In this document: one piece after another, positions 51,270 to 62,899 of the stretch
How the letters are laid out: the number at the start of each line of letters is the position of its first letter
Numbering within the stretch: position 1 is the first letter of the stretch
NCBI GenBank assembly: GCA_030390025.1
Contig: CM059433.1
Span: 1,736,001-1,800,000 of the forward strand
Length of the DNA: 64,000 nt
Direction: 5' to 3'
Source: Squalus acanthias
Taxonomy: Eukaryota
Program-made: the position numbers and the translations under genes
The notes under the pieces: generated by a model
Database searches by the model: none
What the model was told of the DNA's origin: nothing
The model's input: only the letters and a program-made list of their open reading frames with translations

Positions 51270-51825
51270 CCCCCCCGCCCCCCCCGCCCCCCCGCGCCCC
51301 CCCCGCCATCTTCACCTCCCCCACCCGAACCCCCGCCCCCCGCCATCTTCACCCCCCGCCTCCCCCCCGCCCCGCCATCTTCACCCCCGCCCCGCCTCGC
51401 CCCTCCCCCCCGCCCACCATCATCACCCCCGCCTCCCCCCCGCCCGCCATCTTCACCCCGCCCCGCCTCGCCCCTCCCCCCCCGCCCGCCATCTTCACCT
51501 CCCCCACCCGAATCCACCCCCCCACCCGCCATCTTCACCCCCGCCCCGCCCGCACCCATCCCCCCGCCCGCCATCTTCAGCCCCACCCCGCCCCGCCCCG
51601 CCCGCCCGCTATCTTCACCTCCCCCACCCGCACCCACCCCCCCGCCCGCCATCTTCACCCCCACCTCCCCCACCCACCCCCTGCCCGCCATCTTCACCTC
51701 CCCCAACCGCACCCACCCCCCCGCCCGCCATCTTCACCTCCCCAACCGCACCCACCCCCCCGCCCGCCATCTTCACCCCCGCCTCGCCCCGCCCCCCCGC
51801 CCGCCATCTTCACCTCCCCCACCCA
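51270..51825. repeat. C-rich minisatellite with core CCCGCCATCTTCACC, about 14 units
   Basis: Core recurs every ~30-45 bp, separated by poly-C linkers. Confidence 0.9.
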
Positions 51826-52879
51826 AACCATTGGGTTAAAATTTATCCTGTTATTTCTATTGGTCTAAAGTTCTACGAAGTGAACAACATATTTTGCAAA
51901 TGGAATGGTCACTTAATTCGAAGGAAGCTGGAAGCTGGATATCTTCGCGGCCGACAGCATCAATGATTCACAAATACGTGGAAATCAAACTAGATAATAT
52001 TCACGTGTGAAATATTCACGGTCAGAAACAGTACACAATGGCCCTCAGTTAGTTGAAGGTGCAGAGATCCATTGGGGGCACTGCACTGAGGTTGTTCATT
52101 GTACAATGGGTGCTTTAACCATACAAACATGTTATAAAAGCACAAAATAAAATCAGAATCACATGGCATCAACATCGCGCAGCACATCATTGATCTGGTC
52201 ACCATAACTCGTTCTTTACAAAGAAATTGAAGGATTTAGTAGCTCCAGGAAAGGTTTTGTTCTCTTCTACACAATGAAAGTACTGAAACCCAATTTCACC
52301 CCCAAAGGGCACATCCAATTTTAGACTGAGTTTCAAGTATGTAGGAAACAAAGAAATACTTGTCTTGCTTTTTACTTTACTCTATCAGAAGCAAATATTC
52401 TATTTGCAGCCCATTCTTTTGCTTGTAAATAATAATAAATAAAACAGTGCGAGTGAATGAGATGGGTTCTGATCATTACATTGAATCAGAATTTTAAATG
52501 AATGAATGCGAAGAGCATCTGTGGTTTTTTTAAACTTGAATGTGTAACCAAACTCTATTCTGCACGTTAACGAGTGGGGGCCTCAAGGCTGAGTGAAAAC
52601 TATCCTGGAACCACCAAGTAAGGAGGCAGTTTTCTCAATTACCTAAATGACAAGACATTCATGAAAATGACAAGGAATCTCCTGGTGGATCTGAGCGAGC
52701 GGGGATATAGGGTAAGAAATATTCATATTTAGACAGTTGTTACTTAACAGCCGAAGTGTCAGAATACAGGTGCATACTATCATGTCACATCTGATGATGA
52801 AAGAGCTCTAGTTGTTTCTCATTTTCATTCGTTTTCTTCCTGCCTCTCTTGAAGGTAGTATCTGATACTAAGGCTCCCT

Positions 52880-53772
52880 GGGGTAAAAATTCACTTGGTT
52901 GCGCCACCCGTTAGCGCCTTAAGAGGGCGCTAATGGGGCGCAAAGCCGCTAACGCCCGGGCGCAGCGATGTTTGCGCCGCTCGAGAACTTAACTTGAGAT
53001 TGTGCGGCGGCGCTAAAACTTACCGCTGCGACCACCTGCGCGCGCAGATTGTGACGTCATTCCGTGGTGCAACGCCCTTGGGGCGCCCCGTAGCGGAAAT
53101 TGAGTGGCGCCCCCTGCCTTACCGCCTGGCGCTTCCAACGACCAGAAGACTGGAACGCTATCAATCGCTGTGGGGCTGGGGGGGGCGCTATTTAAAGGGG
53201 GCCTCTTCCTGTCTTTTATTGTTGGTGGCATTTTTGAACTACGCATTCTGAGAGAGAGAGGGAGAGACTTCTGGAGAGATTCAAAGTTGTGTGAAGGAGT
53301 TTTGGGTACTGAGCAGCACTTTGCAGGTTCATTTTGATTTGCCATTCCTTGTATCGATTTAGCAGAGACCATGGGAGCTGCACTCTGAGCTCTTTGCCTG
53401 GTGCTCTCCATTGTTCTTTCCAGCAGATTTGATGTACAGGTCTCTCCAGGCCGAGATTCAAGGCTGCAATGAACAGGATGTGGATGGAAAGCAAGATTAA
53501 CCATCCCCTTTAAGAACTGGCCCGTGCCATTGTGTGTGTGTTCCATTGCTGACTGACATTACATGAGCTTCGCCAGCGCTCCGAGTTAGCGCCTCAGTGC
53601 TCGGCCTTTGCGCCTTAAGAGAGGTGTGCAGCGCCTGCTTTAGCGCTCCACTCACCTCCCGGGGCGGTAAAAGTGAAGTTTCCCGTCAGTGCCGATAATT
53701 AGCGCCAGGCGCTAATATTTGCGTCCGGACAATATTTGCGCCCCAAATGGGGCGCGACCTAATTTCTACCCC
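52880..53772. mobile_element. Harbinger MITE family A, copy 3
   Basis: Closely similar to copy 2, TSD CCT. Confidence 0.93.
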
Positions 53773-54250
53773 CCTGGGTGCTAACAGCCCTCAACTGTCT
53801 CAGTTTCCATGCATGATACAAGGCAGTGAACCTCGACTGTAACTTGGGATGGGATCGGTGCATACGAGTCGGCCTAAGCAAGTGACGAGCTTGCATGTCA
53901 AAGCGGGAAGAGATTTTGGGGGTGAAATTGGGTATCGCCCCGTTTGGGGCGCTAACTTTAGAAATTTTGAAAGTTTAGCGCCAGGCGCTAAGGATTCTGA
54001 ACTTCTACTAAATTGGGTGTTAGCGCCCCAGGAAGGAAGTGGGGCGCTAAATCAAGCACTAATGACCTCAGTGGGGCGCTACAGAGGCGCAACCAGCAGA
54101 GCACTAATGAATTTCAGGTGCAATCCATTCAGCAATGATCCTTCACACTGGTTCCTTCCAGCTCTTAAAGGGGAGGTTGCATCATTGTGCAGATGCTCAT
54201 TTTCAGCATTGCTGGCTGTGAAGGCGACCTGCGAGCAAGTGAATCCCCTG

Positions 54251-56147
54251 ATGGCTGTGGCTGTTCCCACTCCCAGGGAGAGAGCTCGTCAGTTCACAGA
54301 CGTGGCATTGGTGGCTGGAGTGGAGCGAAGGAGGGCAATGCTGTTCCCAGACACTGGGAGGAGGCCATCGCCTCAGGTGTTCAGGGCAATGTGGAGGGAA
54401 GTGGCCCAGGAGGTCTCGGCCAGTAGTGTGGTGGAACGCAGCCAGACACAGTGCCGGAAGAAATTCATCGACCTCACTCGGGTGGTCAAGGTGAGAACGT
54501 GCTTCAACAGCTCCTACATACCAGCATCTGAACCTCAGTCTGTGCACACTGCGCAAACCACACCGCCACCACTCACCCACCAAACATCTTCACCGACTCA
54601 AACTCACATCCACATCTCACACCTTGCCTACAATCACAGCTATTCAACGACAGCAGGCATACCTCCCATACACAGCTGGACTCTGACTCAAACACATTTG
54701 TTTCTCTTGCAGGCCAAGATGGCCCAGAATAGGAGGGAGCAGCAGAGAACAGGCGGGGCTGATGCGCAGCTCCAGCGGTTCTCAGACCTGGAGGAGCGAG
54801 TGCTGCGACTCATTGGGCAGCAGGTGGTGGGCGCCGTGGCCGTCGGCGACGTGGACCCCGTTGGGGGCAAAAGCGGTATCTTCAGCCCCTCTCCTTCCCT
54901 CATCCCACTTCCCCCTCACACCACAAACCTTTCTCACTTTCCACCTCCTTAGAATGCCTGCATTCCTTGCTCCATTCCTGCCCCCCTGCCCTCACCTTAA
55001 TGCGAGTCTTGTGCCTTTATGCTTTCAGAGAATCAGCAACCGGATGACCAGCCTGTCCCTGAGTCTCCCCACTGAGAGTGAGGAAGGAGAAGAGGAGGAG
55101 GAGCAAAGCACCGCGTCACTGCATCTCTCACCCGCAGGCACCACCTCAGATACTGGCACTACGCAATCTTTAGAGGCAACTTTAGAAAGTGGGATCTGCA
55201 CTGGGTGATGCACTGGGGACGAGCGGGCTGCAGCAAGGCCAGGGGGAAAGGGTAACTCGGGAGGCAGCTCCCCGGAGAGCGAGTTCACGCACGAGTTCTG
55301 CTGCACAGGACTCAGATGAGGACCTCGATGGGGAGGCGTTCACAAGAAGGGTGATGGCCATGCACACCGAGATGATAGGTGCAATGGCAAGGGTGCCCGA
55401 GAGCCTCTTGGCAATGGTAAGGAGCATGGAGGAGTCCAAATCCAACATTGCACAGAGCTCTGCACACACCATGGAGTCCATCATTTCCACTGTGCAGAGG
55501 ATAGTGGACTCACAGAGAGACCGTGCGGATCCAGACTTCATGACTCGTGTCATGGGTAATGTGGCAGCTTCCACTGCAGCACAGGCGGAAGCGACACAAC
55601 GTCTTAGTGCTGTAATGCAGTCAATGGTTGCTGCCATCGAGTCTCAGACTGCTCTCATGCAGTCTTAGCTTGAAGCCATGAAAGCTCTGACTGCTGCCAT
55701 CGTCGCTGGGTCCACCACAGTCCAGCAGGGATCTCACGGTGTCGCAGCAGGCCAGCAATCTGTGCTCCAGCAGATTGGTAGGGATGCTGAGGTGCTGCCC
55801 CAGGGGAGTGGCAGTGGGTCAGTGGAGCAGGAAGCTGATGTCCTCTCTCAGGATGACAACATTCCTGCTCCCACCGCTGCCACTCCGCCATTGCTCTTGT
55901 CGCTGCCTGTCATCCAGCCAGCCCAGAAGCCACCGCCCAGCCTGAGGTGGTGCAGTCTACAGCCGGGCCCTCTGGGCCCAGAGCTGGTCGAGGGCATCCT
56001 GCAAGGCCATCTGAAGTCTCCCGCACGGACACTCAGCAGCCTTCCACCAGCCCTGCTGCAGCCATTGGGGAGGCACTACGTAGGAGCACTAGATTGGGAA
56101 AGGGGGCTGTCAAGAGGGGAGGCAAGGGTTTGCACAAGGGTGATTAG
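54251..56147 (+). pseudogene. Harbinger Myb/SANT-like accessory gene, predicted exons 54251-54490, 54713-54875, 55029-56147
   Basis: RERARQF...MWREVAQEV...QCRKKFIDL, then RTGG motif. GT-AG introns (CAAG|GTGAGA...TTGCAG; AGCG|GTATCT...TTTCAG). Exon 3 is frameshifted. Confidence 0.85.
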
Positions 56148-56309
56148 TCAATATTGTTGTATATATGTGGTTAATGGTTTTTGATAAATTTATTACTGGA
56201 ATGTTGCAGATTTGGTGCTGTGTCTCATTTCAGTTCTGGGGTGTGGTATGGAATCACAAAGTGATGGAATGATGGCGACGTGCTCAGCAACCGGAATGAG
56301 GACTCGAAG

Positions 56310-57139
56310 TCACTGGAAACGAAGTCTGATGAGGCGCCACGGACCGAGCTTGCAGAACGCCGATAGAGTGGCTGCCTCCTCCATCGCTGCTGTTCCTCCT
56401 CCTCCTCGTCCTCCTCCTGAGGTGGTGCGGCTATGCCTGGTGGCAATGGCTGGGCCCTCATGATGGCCAAGTTGTGCAGCATGCAGCAGATGATGACGAA
56501 AGTGACACCTGCTCAGCCGAGTACTGGAGGTCTCCTCCCGAGTGGTAGCCTTTGCGGTTACGGAATACCTCAGGATTGTTATGAGGTGCCCGCAAAGCGA
56601 TGTGGGTGCAGTCAATGGCGCCCTGCACTATGGGGAAGCCCGCTATCCTGGCAAAGCCACATGCACGCTCGCGCTGCTTCTCTCTGGTCATGGGGAAGGA
56701 AATGTAGTCCCTTCTCCTTCTGTACAGAGTATCTGTGACCTGGCGGATGGAGCAATGGACGGCGAACTGCGATATGTTTGATATGTCTCCTGCTGCACAC
56801 TGGACGGATCCGCTGGCGTAGAAATGGAGGGTGACGGTGACCTTGACTGCCACTGAGAGAGCCGTGGTGGTCCTGATCTGAGGCTCGAGGTCTGGCTGTA
56901 GGAGGTGGCAGAGTTCTGTGACCACGTCCTTGGTGAAGCGGAGCCTTCTAACCCACTGGTCCTCAGTGAAATTCCTGTAGGAGAACTGCTGCCGGAATAC
57001 CCTGGGTGGGTAAGGCCTCCTGTTGAGAGCCCTGTTGGCCCTCCTCCCTCTGGCCACATTTTGCACTCTTTCTCTGTGCCTCAGTTGCCTCCGACGTTGA
57101 CGCTGGAGGGCGAGGTCCAGTGCCAGTACAGCCCCCCAT
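56310..57139 (-). pseudogene. Harbinger transposase with internal deletion
   Basis: RRLRF, VAVKVT, VQGAIDCTHI and NRKGYHS joined directly to GGDLQYS; CCMLHNLA follows. Confidence 0.93.
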
Positions 57140-57620
57140 GAAAGGATACAAATATCGCACTTTCAAATCTCCCCTCAATGAAACTGAAGAATCTTTATGT
57201 GCCAGAAAACTTGTTAAAATGCAAAACGCACAAATTGGTCAAAAGGCCTCTTTGCCGATGTGAAACTAACAACGCAGCATTGTTGGCCGCGAAAACTAAA
57301 GCGGATGTGGACACCTTTAAATATCGCTCCTGCTGCGGACACCCGACTGACAGCCGCCTTCTCTACCTATCGCTGTTAACAGCGGGCGCACAAAGCAGGG
57401 GGCCAGAGGGAATTTTACATCCGGGGCGCGGCGCACGGCAATGACGTCACGATCTCCGGGCGCAGGAGATCGGGGCGCAACGTCTTAGCGCCGCCGCAAA
57501 ACTCCCACCGAATTTATATCACCGCGCCCGGTGCAAACCCTTTTGCGCCCCCTTAGCATCCCCCGGAGGCGCTAGCAGGAGGCGCGAAGGAGCCCAATTT
57601 CTAGCCCTTTAAATCCTAAG

Positions 57621-58153
57621 CCTCAATTTCATATTCAAGCTTGGAATCACTGCCTGGCCGGTGGGGGTGAGTGGCAATTTGGGCGGCGGGCAGCTGCCAC
57701 CTGGAACCCGGAGGAATGGTCCCCGGCAGTCAAATAAGCCGTGATGAGTGGTGTCGGGGGGGATCGTGATTGGGGGAGGAGGGGATGCCCGGGGCAAGGG
57801 AGGCCCAGAGGATTAAAGAAAAATGAAATTTACCTCGTCCTCTTCTAGCCTTTGATCCAGTCCCTGGTAAGTTTGGCCTGGGGGTGAAGATGCCACAGCT
57901 CGCCTGCTCATGCCTTGGGTTAAAATAGCAGATTGGGCCTGAATTACGTCATCGGAGCCCGATCTGCATATATAAAGGGGACCCCACCGACTTGGAGTAG
58001 GTCTTCTTGCTGCCAGCAATTGAAAATTGCAGTTGGTGAGATTGGGGTGGGAGAGGAGTGGGTAAGAATCCCGTTCCATTTTAACTGCCCTCCCCCACCC
58101 CTCAACCACCTCCCGGCCTGGTTTTCACCAGCAGAAGGAGTTAAAATTGAGGG
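57621..58153. mobile_element. Possible degenerate MITE
   Basis: CCTCAATTT...AAAATTGAGG inverted ends and composition like the other MITEs. No clear TSD. Confidence 0.35.
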
Positions 58154-58878
58154 AAGAGTGTCAGCAGACTTTCTTGTCACGGAGGCAGAACAATCAAGCC
58201 CAATTCTGTCCTCACCCAAAAGACACAACATCTACTTCCCAGAAGTGTATTTACCAGGGAGATAGAACAGGTGGACATGACATTGGATGATGAGATTAGT
58301 ATTGAGATAAGTGCATTTAAAATAAAAAAAAGGGGAAAGATTAAATAAACTAATCAAACTCAAAGAGGATAAAACCCCTGGTCCGGATGGATTGCATCCA
58401 CGCATTTTAAAAGAATCTAGGGAAGAGATAGCAGAGGCATTACTACGCATATTTAATAATTTGTTAGAAAAAGGTGTAGTGCCAGAGGACTGGCGGAGCA
58501 CTAATATAATACCTATATTCAAGAAGCGGGATAGAACATGTCCAGGAAATTATAGACCAGTCAGCTTAACATCAGTGGTAGGAAAAATAATGGAATTCCT
58601 ACTAAAGGAGAAAATAGAAGAACATCTAGAAACCAAAAACATAGTAATCAATAGTCAGCGTGGATTTCAAAAGGGAAAGTCTTGCTTGACCAACCTCATT
58701 GAATTTTTTGAAGAGGTAACAGGGAGAGCAGACAATGGTAATGCAGTAGATGTAATTTATCTAGATTTTCAAAAGGCCTTCGATTAGGTACCCCATAATA
58801 GACTGATGAACAAGGTCAGAGAATGCAGAGTCAGGGGACAAGTAGCAGAATGGGTAGCTAGCTGGCTTCAAGACAGAA

Positions 58879-59066
58879 TGTTATAGTCCAACAGCTTTAT
58901 TTGAAATCACAAGCTTTCAGAGCGCTGCTCCTTCGTCAGGTGAAGTGAAGAGATGCATATAGGCACAGCATATATAGTCAGAGAACACAGCCAGATGATT
59001 GGACTATAACCTGGTGTTGTGCGACTTCTCACATTTGTCCACCCCAGTCCAACACCGGCATCTCCA
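58879..59066. mobile_element. Penelope-like pLTR insertion with 5' inversion
   Basis: Same family as 40344-40560, 13-bp TSD CTTCAAGACAGAA. Confidence 0.8.
58907..58943 (-). ncRNA. Minimal type I hammerhead ribozyme motif, intact
   Basis: UCAC-CUGACGA-A-GGAGC/AGC/GCUCU-GAAAG-CUU-GUGA. Confidence 0.78.
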
Positions 59067-59585
59067 CTTCAAGACAGAAAGCAGAGAGTAGGGGTAAAGG
59101 GTAGCTATTCACAGGGGCAGAAGGTGGGTAGTGATGTTCCACAAGGATGAATGCTGGGACCACTGCTGTTCACAATTTATATTAATGATTTAGACTTTGG
59201 AATCAAAAACACAATTTCTAAATTTGCAGATGATACCAAATTGGGGGGATAGTCAATACTGAGGAGGACTGCAACAAATTACAGGAGGACATTAATAAAC
59301 TTGCAGAATGGGCATATAATTGGCAGATGAAGTTCAACACAGATAAATGTGAGGTATTACATTTTGGTAGGAAGAATAGGGAGGTCACATCACTTGGAGG
59401 GTGCGAGTCTAGGTGGGGTAGAGGAACAAAGGAATCTAGGAATACAAATATACAAATCACTAAAAGTGATGACACAGGTTAGCAAGGCCATAAAAAAAGC
59501 AAACCAAGTACTAGGGTTTATTTCTAGAGGTATAGAATTGAAAAGTAGGGAAGTTATGCTAAACCTGCATCGAACCTTGGTTAGA

Positions 59586-62500
59586 TGTAGTGAGAAAGAA
59601 AGATTTTAAGAGAAGGGAGCACCATCCGCGGCTAACTAAGGAAGTAAAGGATGGTATCAAATTGAAAACGAAGCCATACAATGTTACTAAGATTGGTGGG
59701 AGACCAGAGGATTGGGAAATTTTTTAAAACCAGCAAAGGATGACTAAAAAAATAATGAGAGAGAAGATGAATTATGAGAGTAAACTGGCAAGAAATAATA
59801 AAACAGATAGTAAGAGCTTCTACAGGTATATAAAAAGGAAGAGAGTAGCTAAAGTAAACGTTGGTCCCTTAGAGGATGAGACTGGGGATTAATAATGGGG
59901 AACGGGGAAATGGCAGAGACTCTGAACAAATATTTTGTATCCGTCTTCACGGTAGAAGACACTAACAGCATCCCAATAATGGATAATCAAGGGGCCACAG
60001 GGAGGGGGGAACTAAAGACAATCACTGTCACTAGGGAAATAGTACTTGTTAAAATAATAAAGACGACAAGTCCCCTGGACCAGATGGCCTGCATCCCAGG
60101 GTCTTAAAAGAAGTGGCTGCAGAGATAGTGGATGCATTGGTTGCAATATACCAAAATTCCCTGGACACTGGAGAAGTCCTAGCGGATTGGAAAACCGCAA
60201 ATGTAACGCCACTATTTAAGAAAGGAGGGAGACAGAAAGCAGGACACTATAGACCAGTTAGCCTAACATCTGTCATTGGGAAAATGCTGGAGTGCTTCAT
60301 TAAGGAAGCAGTAGCAGGGCATTTGGAAAATCATAATACAGTCAAGCAGAGTCAGCATGGTTTTATGGAAGGGAAATCATGTTTAACAAATTTGCTGGAG
60401 TTCTTTGAGGATGTAATGAGCAGGGTAGATAAAGGTAAGCCAGTGGGTGTGGTGTATTTGGATTTCCAGAAGGCATTCGATAAGGTGCCACATAAAAGGT
60501 TACTGCACAAGATAAGAGCTCATGGAGTTGAAGGTAATATATTAGCATGGATAGAGAATTGGCTAACTAACAGAAAGCAGAGAGTCAGAATAAATGGGTC
60601 ATTTTCCGGTTGGAAAACGGTAACTAGTGGGGTGCCACAGGGATCGGTGCTGGGGCCTCAACTATTTACAATCTACATTAATGACTTGGATGAAGGGACC
60701 GAGTATAATGTAGCCAAGTTTGCGGATGATACAAAGATGGGTGGGAAAGCAAGTTGTGCAGAGGACTCAAAGAGTCTGCAAAGGGATATAGACAGGCTAA
60801 GTGAATGGGTAAACATTTGGCAGACGGAGTATAATGTGCAGGCTTCGCAAAATCCCCCAGAAACTCGAACAGAACCCTAAGTGAAGTGATTTGAGGTAAA
60901 ACCCTCAGTTTTGGACATTTTTAAAGATCAGGGAAGAAAACCCTGAGGAAAATGAAAATGAATCTCAATGTTGGGAAAGACACCTTTCACAGACACTGAC
61001 AGGCTGCGGAGGGGCGTGGCCAGGCAGTGGACAGCTTTGGGTATTGGGGCTCAATGAAGCTGTCTGGGAATGTGTTTACACTGCCTTCCTACCAAGGAGG
61101 AAGAGACAAAACCCAAAAGCCTCACACACACATCAAAATATGAATAATCCAAGACCTCTTTTGAAATTCCCAGGCCCACATAGGATACCAGAAGCCTGAA
61201 ATCAATAAAACATTTAGTAACCCGATTTACTTAATCAAAAACCAATCAACCAGGTATCCACAGGACAGATTTAAAGCCCGCCAAAAAAATCTAGGACAAT
61301 AGGGACAAGATTTGACGCGTAGATAAAGGCCTTGCCTAAATCGGAAGCTATCAGGACATGTTTAACACCAAGTTAAAGCCATCGAAACTTACAAGCCCGC
61401 CAAAACTAAAACAATGAAATAAACAGGGCTCATTTGAAATCTAAAGGAAACCGCTTTAGTAAGGGGGTATTGGGCGCGAAAAGGACAGTATAATTTGGGA
61501 CTAATGTCCCAGGACTCGCTCTCTCTGGATTCGCTGACAACGCTCGCACAGCTTTCTCTCTCTCTCAGCTCTGCTCCAGCAAAGACACCACAAGCCACGA
61601 GGAGGAGGAGGAAAGAAGGCCAACAACTTCACAAACAGACCAACACACAAGAAGAAACCAGAGCGACTGCCTCAGTGACCATCGGACACCTCGCGGCAAC
61701 AAGGGCCTTACAAAACTTTTTACTCAAAAGATTCTAAACCCTGTCATGGATTCGTTTAGTGAGCATTATCCCTGATCTCCTGAAACCAAAACCTAGCTAG
61801 ATAGTGGGATTTTTGGGAGGGATAAGGTTTTTTGTTTGGTATATTGTCATTCTCCCTCATCTGTACCGTGTGTTCCCCAACCAGTGTTTAAGTATTAAGT
61901 GTGTTTTAAGTTAGTTACCTTTATCTTTTAATAAAGTCAAAATTCTTCCATCAGAACTTGTTGTCTACTGCATTTTTGTTCACAACCCCTAAATAAGTCC
62001 AAAGTCTAGGAACCAGGGGCGTGGGAGCGATTCGAACCGCTCACTGAGTCAGAGGTGAAGGCTGACCCCATTACCACACCCTACAAATGTGGGAAAGTGC
62101 GAGGTTATCCACTTTGGCAGGAAAAATAAAAAAGCAAATTATTATTTAAATGGAGAGAGATTACAAAATGCTACAGTTCAGAGGGACCTAGGGGTCCTTG
62201 TGCATGAAACACAAAAAGTTAGCATGCAGGTGGAGCAAGTAATCAAAAAGGCAAATGGAATGTTGGCTTTTATTTCAAGGGGGTTGGAGTATAAAAACAG
62301 GGAAGTCCTGCTACAACTGTACAGGGTAATGGTGAGACCACACCTGGAGTACTGCGTACAGTTTTGGTCTCCTTATTTAAGGAAGGATATACTTGCATTG
62401 GAGGCAGTTCAGAAATGATTCACTAGGTTCATTCCAGAGATGAGGGGGTTGACTTATGAGGAAAGGTTGAGCAGGTTGGGCCTATACTCATTGGAATTTA

Positions 62501-62899
62501 GAAGAATGAGAGGTGATCTTATTGAAACATATAAGATACTTAGGGGGCTCGACAAGGTAGATGCAGAGAGGATGTTTCCCCTCGTGGGGGAATCTAGAAC
62601 TTGGGGGCATAGTTTCAGAATAAGGGTCGCCCTTTTAGAACTGAGATGAGGAGAAACTTCTTCTCTCAGAGGGTCGTAAATCTGTGGAATTCTCTGCTGC
62701 AGAGAGCTGTGGAGGCTGGGTCATTAAATACAGTTAAGGTTGAGATAGACAGATTTTTGCAAGATAAGGGAGTGAAGGGTTTTGGGGAGCGGGCGGGGAA
62801 GTGGCTTTGAGCCCAAGATCTGCCATGATCTTATTGAATGGCGGAGCAGGCTCGAGGGGCCAAGTGGCCTATTCCTGCTCCTATTTCTAATGTTCTTAT
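59586..62899 (+). mobile_element. 5'-truncated CR1 LINE containing a solo LTR
   Basis: RT ORF at 60113-60836 resumes at 62086 (EYNV|GKCEVIHFG). 3' UTR and tail present. Confidence 0.95.
60837..62085 (+). mobile_element. Solo LTR (1249 bp) of a Gypsy or ERV-type element
   Basis: TG...CA ends (TGCAGG/CCTACA), 4-bp TSD AATG, TATAA near 61488, CT-rich tract, AATAAA at 61930, no coding capacity recognised. Confidence 0.85.

Larger units (their letters stand above)
53918..57607. mobile_element. PIF/Harbinger transposon with both ends and two convergent genes
   Basis: TIR GGGGGTGAAATTGGG / CCCAATTTCTAGCCC, TSD TTT/TTT, Myb/SANT gene on + and transposase on -. Confidence 0.95.

Noticed and set aside
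51170..51868. Gly-rich and Pro-rich ORFs of 180-229 aa, or a CRISPR-like array
   Set aside because: Translations of a C-rich minisatellite; the linkers are low-complexity poly-C.
52790..52810. CTGATGA...GAAA hammerhead-like words
   Set aside because: No helix II between the two core segments.
53849..54952. 367-aa ORF as a single host protein
   Set aside because: Starts outside the TIR and runs through a predicted in-frame intron; only the Myb/SANT exons look genuine.
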